DNA of 64,000 nt from Bdellovibrionales bacterium (GCA_965219095.1 CBDCMT010000001.1:1152001-1216000), one strand, 5' to 3'. Counted from the stretch's first letter, positions 32,515 to 43,174 are shown. Notes: generated by a model from the letters alone, not told the origin. Numbers and translations: made by a program.

Positions 32515-33642
32515 TTAAAAAATTAACTGATAATAAGTTGATGAACCTTGTCCATAACGGGCTATAAAATTTTTATCCACTAAAGTTTTCAAGTTTGCTT
32601 TGATTGTTCTTTCTGAGAAACCTGTTTCCCTAATAACATCTTTAGTTTGAATTTTTTCTTCTGCTTTTTCTTTAAAACATGTCAGAATTTTTACTGCTTT
32701 ATAGGATAGCTTCTTAAAATCTTTAGCTTTTTTTGCATAAAAATCGATGTCAGCCATAGATTCCTTTAAGATTTTTATCATGTATTTAAGAAGGTGTTGA
32801 AGATTATATTCTTTAGAATTTGATTTATACACCCCTCCTGAACACTGATTGAGAACAATATAATATTCTTCTTTATGTTTTTCTATATGTCGATCTATTG
32901 CTAAATAAAAAGCAACTTTAGATAGTTTTTTATCTGGGCAATGAAGAAGAGACATTAAGAATAAAGCTCTCCCTAATCTTCCATTTCCATCTTGAAAGGG
33001 ATGAATGGCTAAAAAACGATAGACAAACTCTACTGCAACAGCTAAAGACCATGGTTCTTCTATAATAGCTTTATTGTACCATTGAATAAGCTCTTTCATT
33101 GCCATGCTTGTTTCTGTTCCCGGGGTTGCTGTCTTAAAAATATCTTTTTTTTCGCCAGTTTTATGATATTCAGCTATCACTGAGTTTGGTTTATCTTTGT
33201 AGGTGCCTTTTTTCATTCCTAATCTCTCGTCATATTGTAATAATTCTTGGTGTAAACCTCTAATTGTATGCTCTGTTAAAGGAAAATAGCTCTTAGCTTG
33301 TTCATAAATAAGTAACAGAACAGTTCTGCACCCAACTACTTCTTCTATGCTTCTTTGTCGATCTTTAGAAAGTTTATTTTCTATTTCTAACCTATGAGCT
33401 TCAAAGGCCGTCTTTTTACCATCTTTTCCAAGTATGGAATCCAACCAATCCACTTCACTGTCCGTTAAAATTGCATTTTCAATTCTTGTTGAAGCCCCCA
33501 CCATGCTAATCCAAGCATACCTATGAATAGACTCCTGTTCGTCTTTTGGTAAAAACTTTAAAAAGGTGAATTTCTCGGACATCAGCTCTTTAAGAGATAA
33601 AAGTTGCTTCACAGTTGGGTTATCTATTTGAAATGACAGCAT
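32515..33642 (-). CDS. Class II Fic family protein with C-terminal HTH
   Basis: HPFQDGNGRLGR Fic motif; N-terminal inhibitory motif STRIEN; winged-helix-like tail. Confidence 0.93.
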   Translation of the reverse strand: MLSFQIDNPTVKQLLSLKELMSEKFTFLKFLPKDEQESIHRYAWISMVGASTRIENAILTDSEVDWLDSILGKDGKKTAFEAHRLEIENKLSKDRQRSIEEVVGCRTVLLLIYEQAKSYFPLTEHTIRGLHQELLQYDERLGMKKGTYKDKPNSVIAEYHKTGEKKDIFKTATPGTETSMAMKELIQWYNKAIIEEPWSLAVAVEFVYRFLAIHPFQDGNGRLGRALFLMSLLHCPDKKLSKVAFYLAIDRHIEKHKEEYYIVLNQCSGGVYKSNSKEYNLQHLLKYMIKILKESMADIDFYAKKAKDFKKLSYKAVKILTCFKEKAEEKIQTKDVIRETGFSERTIKANLKTLVDKNFIARYGQGSSTYYQLIF

Positions 33643-33656
33643 ATTTTCTATTATCT

Positions 33657-33717
33657 CATATCAGGCAATATCAGGCAATAAAATTTATAAATTTATTGCT
33701 CGATATTGCCTGATATG
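33657..33717. promoter_or_regulatory. Operator-like direct and inverted repeat upstream of fic
   Basis: CATATCAGGCAATATC...GATATTGCCTGATATG (16-bp IR) plus tandem ATATCAGGCA. Confidence 0.6.
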
Positions 33718-33793
33718 GATTAGAATGAGACTGTTATGGCGTTGTTGCGTAATTCTTCTTGAGAGCAGTTCTATTTTCATGATTTTTTAAGTT

Positions 33794-33839
33794 TTTTAAT
33801 ACCAATTACAGAAATTAATTTCTGTAATTGGTATTAAAA
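33794..33839. repeat. Perfect 46-bp palindrome made of IS630-B IR sequence
   Basis: TTTTAATACCAATTACAGAAATT|AATTTCTGTAATTGGTATTAAAA; arm matches the IR at 59023. Confidence 0.85.
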
Positions 33840-34239
33840 CGTAATTATTGATATCCGTACAGGCTTTCTTGAATAACTCATCTCAAGTGGTTTTAAATTT
33901 GATTTAAGAATTTTATTCCTTTTCAAATCAAATTAAATTTGAGACATTTATTTAACAAAACCCATAACAACTATCGAAAGAAGTTTGTACGTTGTGGACT
34001 TTACTAAAAAAGTGGGGTCAAAATTAAAATATATGCTATGCGTTAATTTTAGCCCCGCTTTTTCAACACAGTCCATGGAGTTGATTGTTTTTACATCGAA
34101 CTTTAATAAATCATCTACAGTTAGGTTTTTTCTCAATGATTTACTTTTCTTGCTTGACTGCCTGGTCATCCATATGAGTTTTTTCATTAAATTTTCCAGT
34201 AAATCCCTTAAATAAAAGCCGAAAGAAAATAAGAAAGCT

Positions 34240-35292
34240 TCACTGTTTTATCAGAGAAGCTAATTTTTTATGCTTCTTACATCCAATAACAGAAAAGTCT
34301 CTCTTGTAAGGGTTTTTAATTTTTTTGAAGAAGTCTCTCTTGACTCTATAAATCATTTTTAAAGATTCTTCAACTTTATGAAAAATTTCTTTATTTTTTA
34401 AACTCTCTTCTACAGATGAAAAAACTTCTAGGGGGAACTTATCATCACAATAAAGTAAGAGATTGCAGCCAGCCTTCAAAGCTCTTAAAGGAATTTCTCT
34501 AAGCGGATAGTATAGACGAAGGGCTTTCATATTAAGGTCATCGGAGATTATAAGATCTTTGTACTCAAGGCTTTCTCTTAAAATATTTTTTAGAAATCGA
34601 GAAGAGAAAGTTACAGGGTTACAAGAGTCCACATTTTGAAATAAAATATGAGCTGTCATGATCATTTGAGAAAGTGGTTTCTTATAACAGAGAAGCTCTC
34701 TTTTTTTTAAATTTTCTAACCTCCTATTCTCTTTAGGAAGATTTTCATGACTATCAACTAAAGTATCTCCGTGTCCTGGGAAGTGTTTTGTACAACAAAA
34801 GATTTCAGCTTCCTTGTAGCCGTTTATAAGATTTTCAGCTAAAGAAAGCACTTTCTCGGGATTTTCTCCTAAAGAACGATCGCCAATGACTGTGTTCTGA
34901 GGATTGGTTCTCAGATCAAGACAAGGGGTGAAATTAAGGTTTAAACCTACAGACTGCATTTCTTTACCCATGAAAAAAGCCATCTCATAAGCTAGAGACT
35001 TGTCTTTTTTTTCAAGATGACTTAAAGATGGCCACTGGGTAAAGGGTTGTTTTAAACGATGAACTCTTCCCCCCTCCATATCCACACCGATCCAAAGGGG
35101 TTCAGAGGTAAGAGTTTTGAGTTTGCAGGAAAGTTTATAAATTTGTTCAGGGCTTTTAAGATTTCTTGAAAAAAGAATTACCCCTCCTATTTGTTTTTCT
35201 TCAATAAACTTTTCTTCTGAAGATTTAAGTTCATAGCCTTGAAGACCTGTAAAAAAAATTTGTCCCAGCTTATTGTTTTTTATCCAGGACAT
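34240..35292 (-). CDS. nagZ: Beta-N-acetylhexosaminidase (GH3)
   Basis: GGVILFSRN, VDMEGGRV, KHFPGHGDT..DSH, ISDDLNM. Confidence 0.95.
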   Translation of the reverse strand: MSWIKNNKLGQIFFTGLQGYELKSSEEKFIEEKQIGGVILFSRNLKSPEQIYKLSCKLKTLTSEPLWIGVDMEGGRVHRLKQPFTQWPSLSHLEKKDKSLAYEMAFFMGKEMQSVGLNLNFTPCLDLRTNPQNTVIGDRSLGENPEKVLSLAENLINGYKEAEIFCCTKHFPGHGDTLVDSHENLPKENRRLENLKKRELLCYKKPLSQMIMTAHILFQNVDSCNPVTFSSRFLKNILRESLEYKDLIISDDLNMKALRLYYPLREIPLRALKAGCNLLLYCDDKFPLEVFSSVEESLKNKEIFHKVEESLKMIYRVKRDFFKKIKNPYKRDFSVIGCKKHKKLASLIKQ

Positions 35293-36064
35293 CTCTCAAG
35301 CCCTCCCCCAACAAATTAAATCCCAAAACCAAAATCAAAATGGCTAATCCAGGAAAAAGACTGATATGAGGAGCTTCTAATAAAAATTCTCTTCCTGAAC
35401 TAAGAAGGTTCCCCCAGCTAGCCACTGTATCAGGAACTCCTAAACCTAAAAAACTTAAACTTGATTCCGCCACTACGATACCTCCTAGAGCTAAAGCCAT
35501 CTGAATCACCAAAAGCCCCATTAAATTAGGCCAAATGTGTTTTACTAAAGTCCTAAAAGGATGAAAGCCTAAAGCCACAGTACTTTGAACATACTCTTTT
35601 TCTTTTAAATGCAAAACTTCACCTCTCATCAGCCTTGCAAAACCAGCCCAAGAAGTCAGACACAAAGCTATGATGATATTCTTTGCAGAAGGTTCCAAAA
35701 CAGCCATGATAGCTAAAGCTAAGAGAAATCCTGGAAAAGCATAAAAAATATCAACTAAAATCATCAATATACGATCGCAATAACCTCCAAAATAGCCTGA
35801 TAGAGAGCCTAAAATAAGACCCAAAAAAGCTGTCAAAAAAACCACCATAAGAGAGATGCTTAAACTGGTACGTGCTCCATAAACAACTTGTGAGAAAACA
35901 TCTTTACCTTGTTCATCTTGTCCAAAAAAATGCTGTAAAGAAGGAGGGCGGTACCTTTCAGAAAGATTAATATCTTGAGGGTTGTGGTAAGTTAGAAGAG
36001 GAGCACATAAAGCGGCTAGAACGATAAAGCACACTAAAACTCCTCCTAACTTAAGTTTGTACAT
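35270..36064 (-). CDS. Peptide ABC transporter permease (DppC/OppC-like)
   Basis: GARTSL, ARLMRG...EY, ESSLSFLGLG, FNLLGEGLRD. Confidence 0.93.
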   Translation of the reverse strand: MYKLKLGGVLVCFIVLAALCAPLLTYHNPQDINLSERYRPPSLQHFFGQDEQGKDVFSQVVYGARTSLSISLMVVFLTAFLGLILGSLSGYFGGYCDRILMILVDIFYAFPGFLLALAIMAVLEPSAKNIIIALCLTSWAGFARLMRGEVLHLKEKEYVQSTVALGFHPFRTLVKHIWPNLMGLLVIQMALALGGIVVAESSLSFLGLGVPDTVASWGNLLSSGREFLLEAPHISLFPGLAILILVLGFNLLGEGLRDVLDKKQ

Positions 36065-36986
36065 TCTTGACTCCTACTTTTACACTAGGATTGATAAAAC
36101 CGTAGCTCAAATCTGTAATCAAATTAACGACTATATACAAAACTGAAATAAAAAGAACACAGCCTTGAACCAAAGGATAATCTCTTTGTTCAATACCTTC
36201 GAGTAAAAGAGTTCCTATACCCGGCCAATCAAAAATAGTTTCTGTAATTACAGTTCCTGTGATGAGAGCTGCGAGTTGGAGACCGAAAATGGTCACAATA
36301 GGAATGAGTGCATTTTTAAGAGCATGGCGAAAATAGATGCGAAAAAAAGGAAGTCCTTTAGCATAAGATGTTCTGATGTACTGTTCATTCAGTACATTTA
36401 AAAGAGAGATGCGAGTTACTCTCATCATCACAGCTCCTAAAGGGAGAGCTAAACTCAAAGTCGGTAAAATCAAATGTTCTAAACCTCCTCTTTCACTCAC
36501 AGGAAGAAGGTTTAATTTTATAGAAAAAAACCAAATCAGAACAGGAGCTAAAAAAATTCCCGGTATAGAAAGAACTAACATACTGTAAACCATTAAGATA
36601 TGATCGATGAAATGACCTTTTTTCACAGCACTCATAACTCCTAGAGGGATTCCTATTAACAAAGTAAGAAAAAGAGCTGCTAAACTGAGTTCTAATGTGG
36701 CTGGAAAGCGAGTGCGAATTTTTTCAGAAATTCTAGCACGACTGTATAGGGAGCGTCCTAAATCAAGATGAACTAATTTTTTTAAAAAACTTCCATACTG
36801 TTTGTAAAGAGGTAAATCCAAGCCAAACTCTTTTTGAAAAGCCTCTTTTTCTAAACTGCTAGTTCTATCCCCTAAAATAAGATCTGTAGGATCTCCTGGA
36901 ATCAAATGAATCACAAAAAAACAAATAGTCACAATTCCTAAAGTAACAGGGATGACAGACAACAGTCTTTTAAGCCAATAGTTCAA
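36051..36986 (-). CDS. Peptide ABC transporter permease (DppB/OppB-like)
   Basis: PGDP, DLGRS, YIRTSYAKGL, RHALKNA, ETIFDWPGIG, RDYPLVQG. Confidence 0.95.
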   Translation of the reverse strand: MNYWLKRLLSVIPVTLGIVTICFFVIHLIPGDPTDLILGDRTSSLEKEAFQKEFGLDLPLYKQYGSFLKKLVHLDLGRSLYSRARISEKIRTRFPATLELSLAALFLTLLIGIPLGVMSAVKKGHFIDHILMVYSMLVLSIPGIFLAPVLIWFFSIKLNLLPVSERGGLEHLILPTLSLALPLGAVMMRVTRISLLNVLNEQYIRTSYAKGLPFFRIYFRHALKNALIPIVTIFGLQLAALITGTVITETIFDWPGIGTLLLEGIEQRDYPLVQGCVLFISVLYIVVNLITDLSYGFINPSVKVGVKNVQT

Positions 36987-37744
36987 AAACGATCCTCCTC
37001 CTCCCTAGAGAGCAGGTGAAGGGAATGAATGTGGCCTGAGGGTATGTTTTTGAAGACTTTCTTGAGTTCTCTCATAGGAAGTTTTTCTTTCACAAAATCA
37101 AGAGAAGAAAGAAGTTGGAGTTTGAGATCAAAGACAGAAAATTTCACCTCTAAGACCTCTCCTAAGGGAGTAAGTTTAAGCTTTTGGCTTAAACTTTCTG
37201 AACTTTTGATCCAAAAAAAAGGCCTTGTAGGCTTTAATTGTCCTTTGATTATTTTTGCTTTTCTTTCTGAAAAAACTTCGTATTCATACATTGTAGATAA
37301 GGAAGAGTTTTTATGTTGTTCTACCCAAGAGTTTATGACAAAAGAACTCAAAAGAAGCGGTTTAGAGAAAACTTTTGACAAAAATTTTTTTTCTCCTTCC
37401 TTTCTTCCTTGAAATCCTTTAAAATGCCACTTTTTTTTCTTCAAAAAAAATTGTCCTTGAGATAAGAATACCTTTTGACCTTGCTTTCTTATGTCTTCAT
37501 AAGAGAGGGCTTGTAAAAGCTTATTTGAACGGGACTTTAAGATTTCTGTGAAAGGTTTTTTCCCAGGAAAATGAAGCTTTGAATAAGTAGTCCATTGAAA
37601 GCCGTAGCTTTTCTTTTCATAGCGACTTACACTAAAGCCTATGGGTTTTTGGTCTAAAAGGATGTGATAGTAAGCTTCAAAAAGAACCTCTGAAAAAGAG
37701 GACGTAGAAAATATAAAAATAACCCAAAAGATCAAGACTTTCAT
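36983..37744 (-). CDS. Secreted hypothetical protein
   Basis: Signal peptide; stop overlaps the permease start. Confidence 0.75.
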   Translation of the reverse strand: MKVLIFWVIFIFSTSSFSEVLFEAYYHILLDQKPIGFSVSRYEKKSYGFQWTTYSKLHFPGKKPFTEILKSRSNKLLQALSYEDIRKQGQKVFLSQGQFFLKKKKWHFKGFQGRKEGEKKFLSKVFSKPLLLSSFVINSWVEQHKNSSLSTMYEYEVFSERKAKIIKGQLKPTRPFFWIKSSESLSQKLKLTPLGEVLEVKFSVFDLKLQLLSSLDFVKEKLPMRELKKVFKNIPSGHIHSLHLLSREEEDRF

Positions 37745-37812
37745 CTTTACTTTAGTATGCTTGAAGCCTAGAGATCTGTCAAATAAGGTAAAAAAAAGAT
37801 AAAATAAACTTA

Positions 37813-39915
37813 ATGAATATCAAAAAATCAAAAGGTCAACTGAGTATATTCGTGGTTCTTATTTTTCAAATTATCTTTGTTTTATTTGCTATGACCGTTA
37901 ACATAAGTCTTGTAATCTATGATAAGATCAATTTACAAAATGCTGTGGATCTTTCAGCCTATTATGTGGCTCAGAAGCAAGCTGAAATTTTAAATGTTGT
38001 TGCTCATCAAAATTATCAAATCCGTCAAGCTTGGAAGCTTTTGTCTTTTCGCTATAGAGTTTTAGGAACTTTAGGTCTCAATGATCATCCCGTAGAATTC
38101 CCCAATATCAATTATCTTGAAGAACCATTTGATCCTGTACCTACAATTTGTATTTCTAATTCGTATTGGAATAATACTAAAGATGGTGCCAGCGAAGAAT
38201 GTCAAAAAGTTCTATTCAAACTTCCTCCCCTCCCTAGGCTTGTCCCTATAGCACCTACACCCTATGTTATAGCCGCTCAACTCATAAACGAACGGAATTT
38301 ACAAAACTATGAAGATGCTTGTAAAAGGACAAAAGGGCTTAATTGGTATTTTATGGCTCGTATTCTGTCTTCTTTTCGCATAGATCAAAGAAACAGACGA
38401 AGGGTCATTAACAGTATGGCAGAACTTTTAAAAAACAATCATTTCACAGAACTTGAAGGAGTCTCTGTTTTAGAGGGAGCAAGAAAAACATTTTTAAAAA
38501 ATTTAAGTGAAAAAAATAGAGAAGGTTTTGAAACAACTGAGACTTTGCAAGGAACGGAAAAATTTGTCATTTTAAATTCCCTTCAGGGCTTAGAGCCTCA
38601 TGAGTGGCTTGTCCCTATTAAAGTAGAACCCCTTGTTTATTTCAGTGAACTTAGTAAAGTTACCCGAAATGTAGGTGTTGCTTGTGATACGTACCTTAAA
38701 AACAATAATGACAATTTTTCTTTAGATGAAGATGTAAGAGACGATCTTAATCTTACTCAAGCAGATGTTAACTCTCTTAAAGAATGGTCTCTCACACATG
38801 TATCAAATAATTCTAATATAGGTTTTTTAGATTTCACTTTAGGTGTGGAAAAAAACCCTTGGCTTGTGGTCTATTCAGCAACAGCAGCTCTTTTTAAATC
38901 ACGTCCTATTTTCACTCCTTTTGGAGAAAAACAAATCACTTTGAGAGCACGTGGTTTTGCTAAACCTTTTGGAGGAAGAATAGGGCCTTGGGCCTATACG
39001 GCTTGGCCTACTTATAGTCAAGAATCTCAAGGAGGGAACCCTACAGAAAGTGTGATTAAAGTAAGAACTGATATTGGTGCAGCAGGTACTTTCGATCCTA
39101 ACGATAGGAACAACTATCAAGCCTTTTTACCTAACTTTTCACGTTATCCAGGAGACCGGTTAGGACTTCGATCAAAAAAGGCTCTCTCTGATTTTAAGAT
39201 AGAATCAAGGGATTTGTTTTTATCTCACTACAGCTTTACGCACTTTCAAGAAAACATTGCTAATGATTTAATAGCACATCAGGTGAGACTACCTAACAGA
39301 TCCCCTGTTAACATACCCTTAGGAGAACTTACAAATAACAGAAAGTTAGAGATCGCAGCTATCCGCCCTAATCTTTTTGACATTTATTATTATTCTATTA
39401 TGAATAACTTTGGGCAGTCTTATTTGCAGAAAATGAGAAAAAACAGAGATATTTTAAATTTAGGAGGAATTCCTTTAAGAGGTGACCTTATAGCAAGAGA
39501 CTTGACTTTTGAGGAGGTCTTAAGTGTTAAAGATCAACTTCATCTTTTGTATACAAAAGTTATTCATAAACCTGATAGAATTTCTTATATGATCAATGAT
39601 GGTGACTGGACTAAGTTACTCACTGACTGGACTTCTTCTCAATTCAATCAGTATAAAACAGCATCCCAAGAAGAAGGTTTTATGAGATGTGATCATAGAG
39701 AGCTTGAAGAAAGAAGGGGAAATCTCGTTCTTTTCCATAGAAATGAAAACATCACATTACCTCATAGCTGTATCGGACCTGGTCGCTCTGGTTACTCCGT
39801 TAAATTTGTATCAAAGCATTTTCTTAATTCTAACCAACATAGCTTAGGGGGGGATTACCTTGGACAAGGTACTCTTCTTAATCCTCCGCAGAAGTTCAAA
39901 CATCTCGGATTTTGA
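37813..39915 (+). CDS. TadG-like Flp pilus assembly protein
   Basis: KGQ-LSIF prepilin-like site, TM helix, KINLQNAVDLSAY motif. Confidence 0.8.
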   Translation: MNIKKSKGQLSIFVVLIFQIIFVLFAMTVNISLVIYDKINLQNAVDLSAYYVAQKQAEILNVVAHQNYQIRQAWKLLSFRYRVLGTLGLNDHPVEFPNINYLEEPFDPVPTICISNSYWNNTKDGASEECQKVLFKLPPLPRLVPIAPTPYVIAAQLINERNLQNYEDACKRTKGLNWYFMARILSSFRIDQRNRRRVINSMAELLKNNHFTELEGVSVLEGARKTFLKNLSEKNREGFETTETLQGTEKFVILNSLQGLEPHEWLVPIKVEPLVYFSELSKVTRNVGVACDTYLKNNNDNFSLDEDVRDDLNLTQADVNSLKEWSLTHVSNNSNIGFLDFTLGVEKNPWLVVYSATAALFKSRPIFTPFGEKQITLRARGFAKPFGGRIGPWAYTAWPTYSQESQGGNPTESVIKVRTDIGAAGTFDPNDRNNYQAFLPNFSRYPGDRLGLRSKKALSDFKIESRDLFLSHYSFTHFQENIANDLIAHQVRLPNRSPVNIPLGELTNNRKLEIAAIRPNLFDIYYYSIMNNFGQSYLQKMRKNRDILNLGGIPLRGDLIARDLTFEEVLSVKDQLHLLYTKVIHKPDRISYMINDGDWTKLLTDWTSSQFNQYKTASQEEGFMRCDHRELEERRGNLVLFHRNENITLPHSCIGPGRSGYSVKFVSKHFLNSNQHSLGGDYLGQGTLLNPPQKFKHLGF

Positions 39916-39941
39916 AGGAGTTAAGATCTTTTTCTAAATTA

Positions 39942-40820
39942 GTCGAATGTGAAAAATGCACAAACAGCTAAAAACACTTGTTTTTTTGTAATTTTTGCAT
40001 AAAAATAATTGCAAGGAAGTGGAAAAACAGATAAAAAACCTTGCAAAACAGAAAGGAAAAAAGATGAGGCCAAAAGACATGTTCAGCACACAAAAGAGAA
40101 GCCCTCTTAATTTTAGAGTAAACGACATTGTTCATAAGAACCATCCGCTTGTCATTTTAGCTAATAACCCGAGTTTCGACTTTTTTCAAGACTAAAGGCT
40201 AGCTGATATAAACAAACATCAAATTAAATATAGAAAATAAATTGATTCCCTTAATTGATTCCCTTATTTGACAAGTTGATGTTAAAAAACGTTCTGTTGT
40301 GGAGGTCAGTGATTGGAGTGTTAAAAGGAGAGTTTCATCTTGAGCATTCTCGCCATCGTAGCCCACAAAACTTTGTCATCAATCTTTTAGGTACTCTCAT
40401 CTCGTACTTACTTAAAACCTAAAAAACCCTCCATTCAACTTAGAACTCAAGAACAGAGGCCTCTGAAAAATATATAAAAGTCAAAACTCGGGTTAATAAA
40501 ATAGACTGGGATCGTTTTGATAAAGTTTTTGGTTCGAAGTATGATGAAAAAAAAGGTCGTCCAGGTCTTTCAACTCGTTTAATGGTGGGACTTCAGTGCT
40601 TGAAATACATTTATAATTTAAGTGACGAGAAGACAATAGAAATGTTCAAAGAGAGTCCTCAATGGCAGTATTTTTGTGGCCAGCCTTTTTATTCTTATGA
40701 AGATCCCTGTGATAGAAGTTCATTGACTAACTGGAGAAAGAGGATGGGGGCTGAGAAGATAGAAGTTCTCTTAGAGGAAACCATTGATTTAGCTTTGAGA
40801 GAGGGTTTTGTAAAAAAAAA
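39942..40820 (+). mobile_element. IS5-family element (8086 type), truncated and interrupted
   Basis: End GTCGAATGTGAAAAAT; near-identical to the 5' part of the 8086-9647 element. Confidence 0.92.
40167..40493 (+). mobile_element. 327-bp internally deleted IS982 derivative (MITE-like)
   Basis: IRs ACCCGAGTTT/AAACTCGGGT; 5-bp duplication TAATA; residual HLEHSRHRSPQNF. Confidence 0.88.
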
Positions 40821-40891
40821 GGCTCCTCCCGGGAATCTGTGGGTGAAAAGTAGCTAGAAATCCCCCAAAAAGGCTCATATTAATCAAAGCA

Positions 40892-41041
40892 AGAGTAAGA
40901 CATAGCTTTGCAACTCAAGCCCTCATTGTGACAAGAGACTTATCAGCTGTACAAGCCAGTCTTGGCCATACAGATCAACAAGTAACTCAAAAATATGCAA
41001 AAACTGTGGCTTTGCTAGAGAGTAATACTGTGAAAAGGTAG
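40892..41041 (+). pseudogene. C-terminal remnant of a tyrosine recombinase/integrase
   Basis: Reads RVRHSFATQAL...AVQASLGHTDQQVTQKY; not in the ORF track. Confidence 0.85.
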
Positions 41042-41474
41042 CAGATTTTCTCAAAATCAAATAAAGGCTGTGCAATCACGAATCAATCACAAACAACCTT
41101 TGTTTATTTTGTTCTGAGAAAAAAAGAAAACTTTTACTGATTTTGTCTCTCAAAAAATCACGAACACATCGTAAAAAGCCTCTAAAGAAATTTATCAGGA
41201 AGAGTTAAGTTACTGAAAAAAAAGACTTTTTTCGTCTTGAAAAAAGTCTTTCTGGAAAGATTGGTAGAGACAAGTCAGAACTATCACAGTTTATCAATGA
41301 ATCTCTAGACCTTAGTTGATCTCAGAGGATCAGCGTGCAACAAAGCCCTCCTCAACAATAAATTATCATTTTTCTATGTCGCATCTTCTCATAAATTTCC
41401 ATTTCTAAAGTTAACTAATAGTCAATTTCTCATAGTAGCTTACTTGATAGATTAGAGATTGACAAGGAGGCAGT

Positions 41475-41687
41475 ATGAAAAATGATCCCTATAGGATGTT
41501 TAAATTAAAATTAAAAAAAGCGATTTCAAAAGAGTACCCTACTATTGAAAAGTTTTGTTTTGAAAATGATATCCATAAATCAACTATTTCAAGGCTTTTG
41601 TCTGGTAAAAGGACAGAGTTTAAAATTAAGACTCTTCAAAAAATTGCAAAGGCTATTAAGAAAAAACTTGTGATTAATGTAAAGTAG
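41475..41687 (+). CDS. XRE-family HTH regulator
   Basis: IHKSTISRLLSG...TLQKIAKA; AGGAGG RBS. Confidence 0.85.
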   Translation: MKNDPYRMFKLKLKKAISKEYPTIEKFCFENDIHKSTISRLLSGKRTEFKIKTLQKIAKAIKKKLVINVK

Positions 41688-41933
41688 AGTTTTTTTAAAC
41701 TCTAGAACAAGATTGCTTGCGGTCTTTTTATACTAAGGGTCTTTAAATTTTTCCCTTCCTCTTTTGATACTAGTCGTTCGTGAAAAATGGCCGTGAAAAA
41801 GTTAGCTAGTAATGACTTGCTTTTTGTGATCCCTTACTGGAAATAGTTGTAAGAAAAGAAAAACTTTTTTATTAAGATGAGTTCTCTATAAAAGAAGCCT
41901 AGAGATTTTTTTTTTAAATTTCAAATCTTTCTA

Positions 41934-42804
41934 GGGCGTGTCCTCATTTGCCCAGACCTTTTTCAAGACCTTAGGCGTGTTGAATATTTATAAAGATTGT
42001 AAAAAGCTCATAACAAAGGGAGGTATTATGTTAAGAAAAGTTTTAACAGATTCTATGTGGAAGGATCTGGAAGCTATTATAAGAGAGAAAGGCTGTTATC
42101 ATTCAGCAAACAATAGAAATGTTATGGAAGCAATTTTATGGAAATTACGTACAGGCAGTCCGTGGCGTGATATTCCTGAACAGTTCTGTCCTTGGAAGAG
42201 AGCATATAATCGCTTTAATAGGTGGGTACAAAAAGGGTTATGGAATGATTTTTTTTTACTTTACAAGAAGAAGTTGATACAGAGTGGGTGTCCATCGACG
42301 GAAGTTACGTATCGGTTCATCAGCATGCTAGTGGAGCTCGGCGTGGAGAAAGTCGTGCTGTGGGAAAATCTAGAGGTGGATCCACAACAAAAATACACAT
42401 GGCCTCCGATGCGCATGGAAATCCACTCTGTTTTAAAATCACTGGGGGTGAAGTACACGACAGTCAAGTTGCAGGTGATTTAATTGATGAGTTTCGTAGT
42501 GAGTATTTGATTGCTGACAAGGCCTATGACTCGGATGAGATACGAGATAAGGCTCGTAGTAAGAAGATAAAGCCTGTGATACCGAGACGAAAAAATAGCA
42601 AAAAGAAAAATAAAGATTTTGATCGTCATATCTATAAATCTCGACATCAGATAGAAAACCTTTTTGCTCGTCTTAAGCATTTTAGAGGTATTGCCACTCG
42701 ATTTGAAAAGCTTGCTAGAAATTTCAAAGCTATGCTATCTATAGCATGTATGTTTATTTGGCTTAAACTTCAAAGTAAAGGTCCAGTCAAATGAGGACAC
42801 GCCC
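41934..42804 (+). mobile_element. IS5-family (IS427-like group) element, two overlapping ORFs
   Basis: IRs GGGCGTGTCCTCATTTG; TA duplicated within CTAG; LRTGSPWRDIP, IDGS, ADKAYDSD, YKSRHQIENLF; T run near 42249 at the frame change. Confidence 0.95.
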
Positions 42805-43174
42805 TAGACAAGGCTTCTTACGAGAGTTTTTTAAAATTTTAAAAGACAAAATGAGAAATAGGTATGGCTTAGCGATTTGACAAGGCGAGTCTTAAAGTTT
42901 CTTCTTTTATGGCCTCAAATATCTTTAAAAAGTTTGTGGAAAAGGCTTAGAGAGAATGTGTTCCTTGTAAGAGGAGGCCGTTAGAGGAAGCCCTTGGTCT
43001 TAACTTGAAAGAAGAAGATTTTCATTATATGTTACAAACGCAAAAAAAATCTTTGGAGTTCAATGGAAAGACTCAAGACCCTTTGTTCATGATGAACAAA
43101 AAAACGAGCTTTTACCTTTTTTAAAGAACATAGGAACTCTTAGTGAAGGTTAAGTGGTAGATATAAATGTTGAT

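Noticed and set aside
33948..34215. Two overlapping short ORFs on opposite strands
   Set aside because: No motif or clear RBS; cannot choose between them or support either.
31383..39915. Complete Tad pilus or novel secretion locus
   Set aside because: Only CpaF and a TadG-like gene are present, separated by unrelated genes.
42240..42300. Inactivating frameshift in the 41934-42804 IS5
   Set aside because: A two-ORF layout with a slippery run is normal for this group; both IRs and the DDE motifs are intact.
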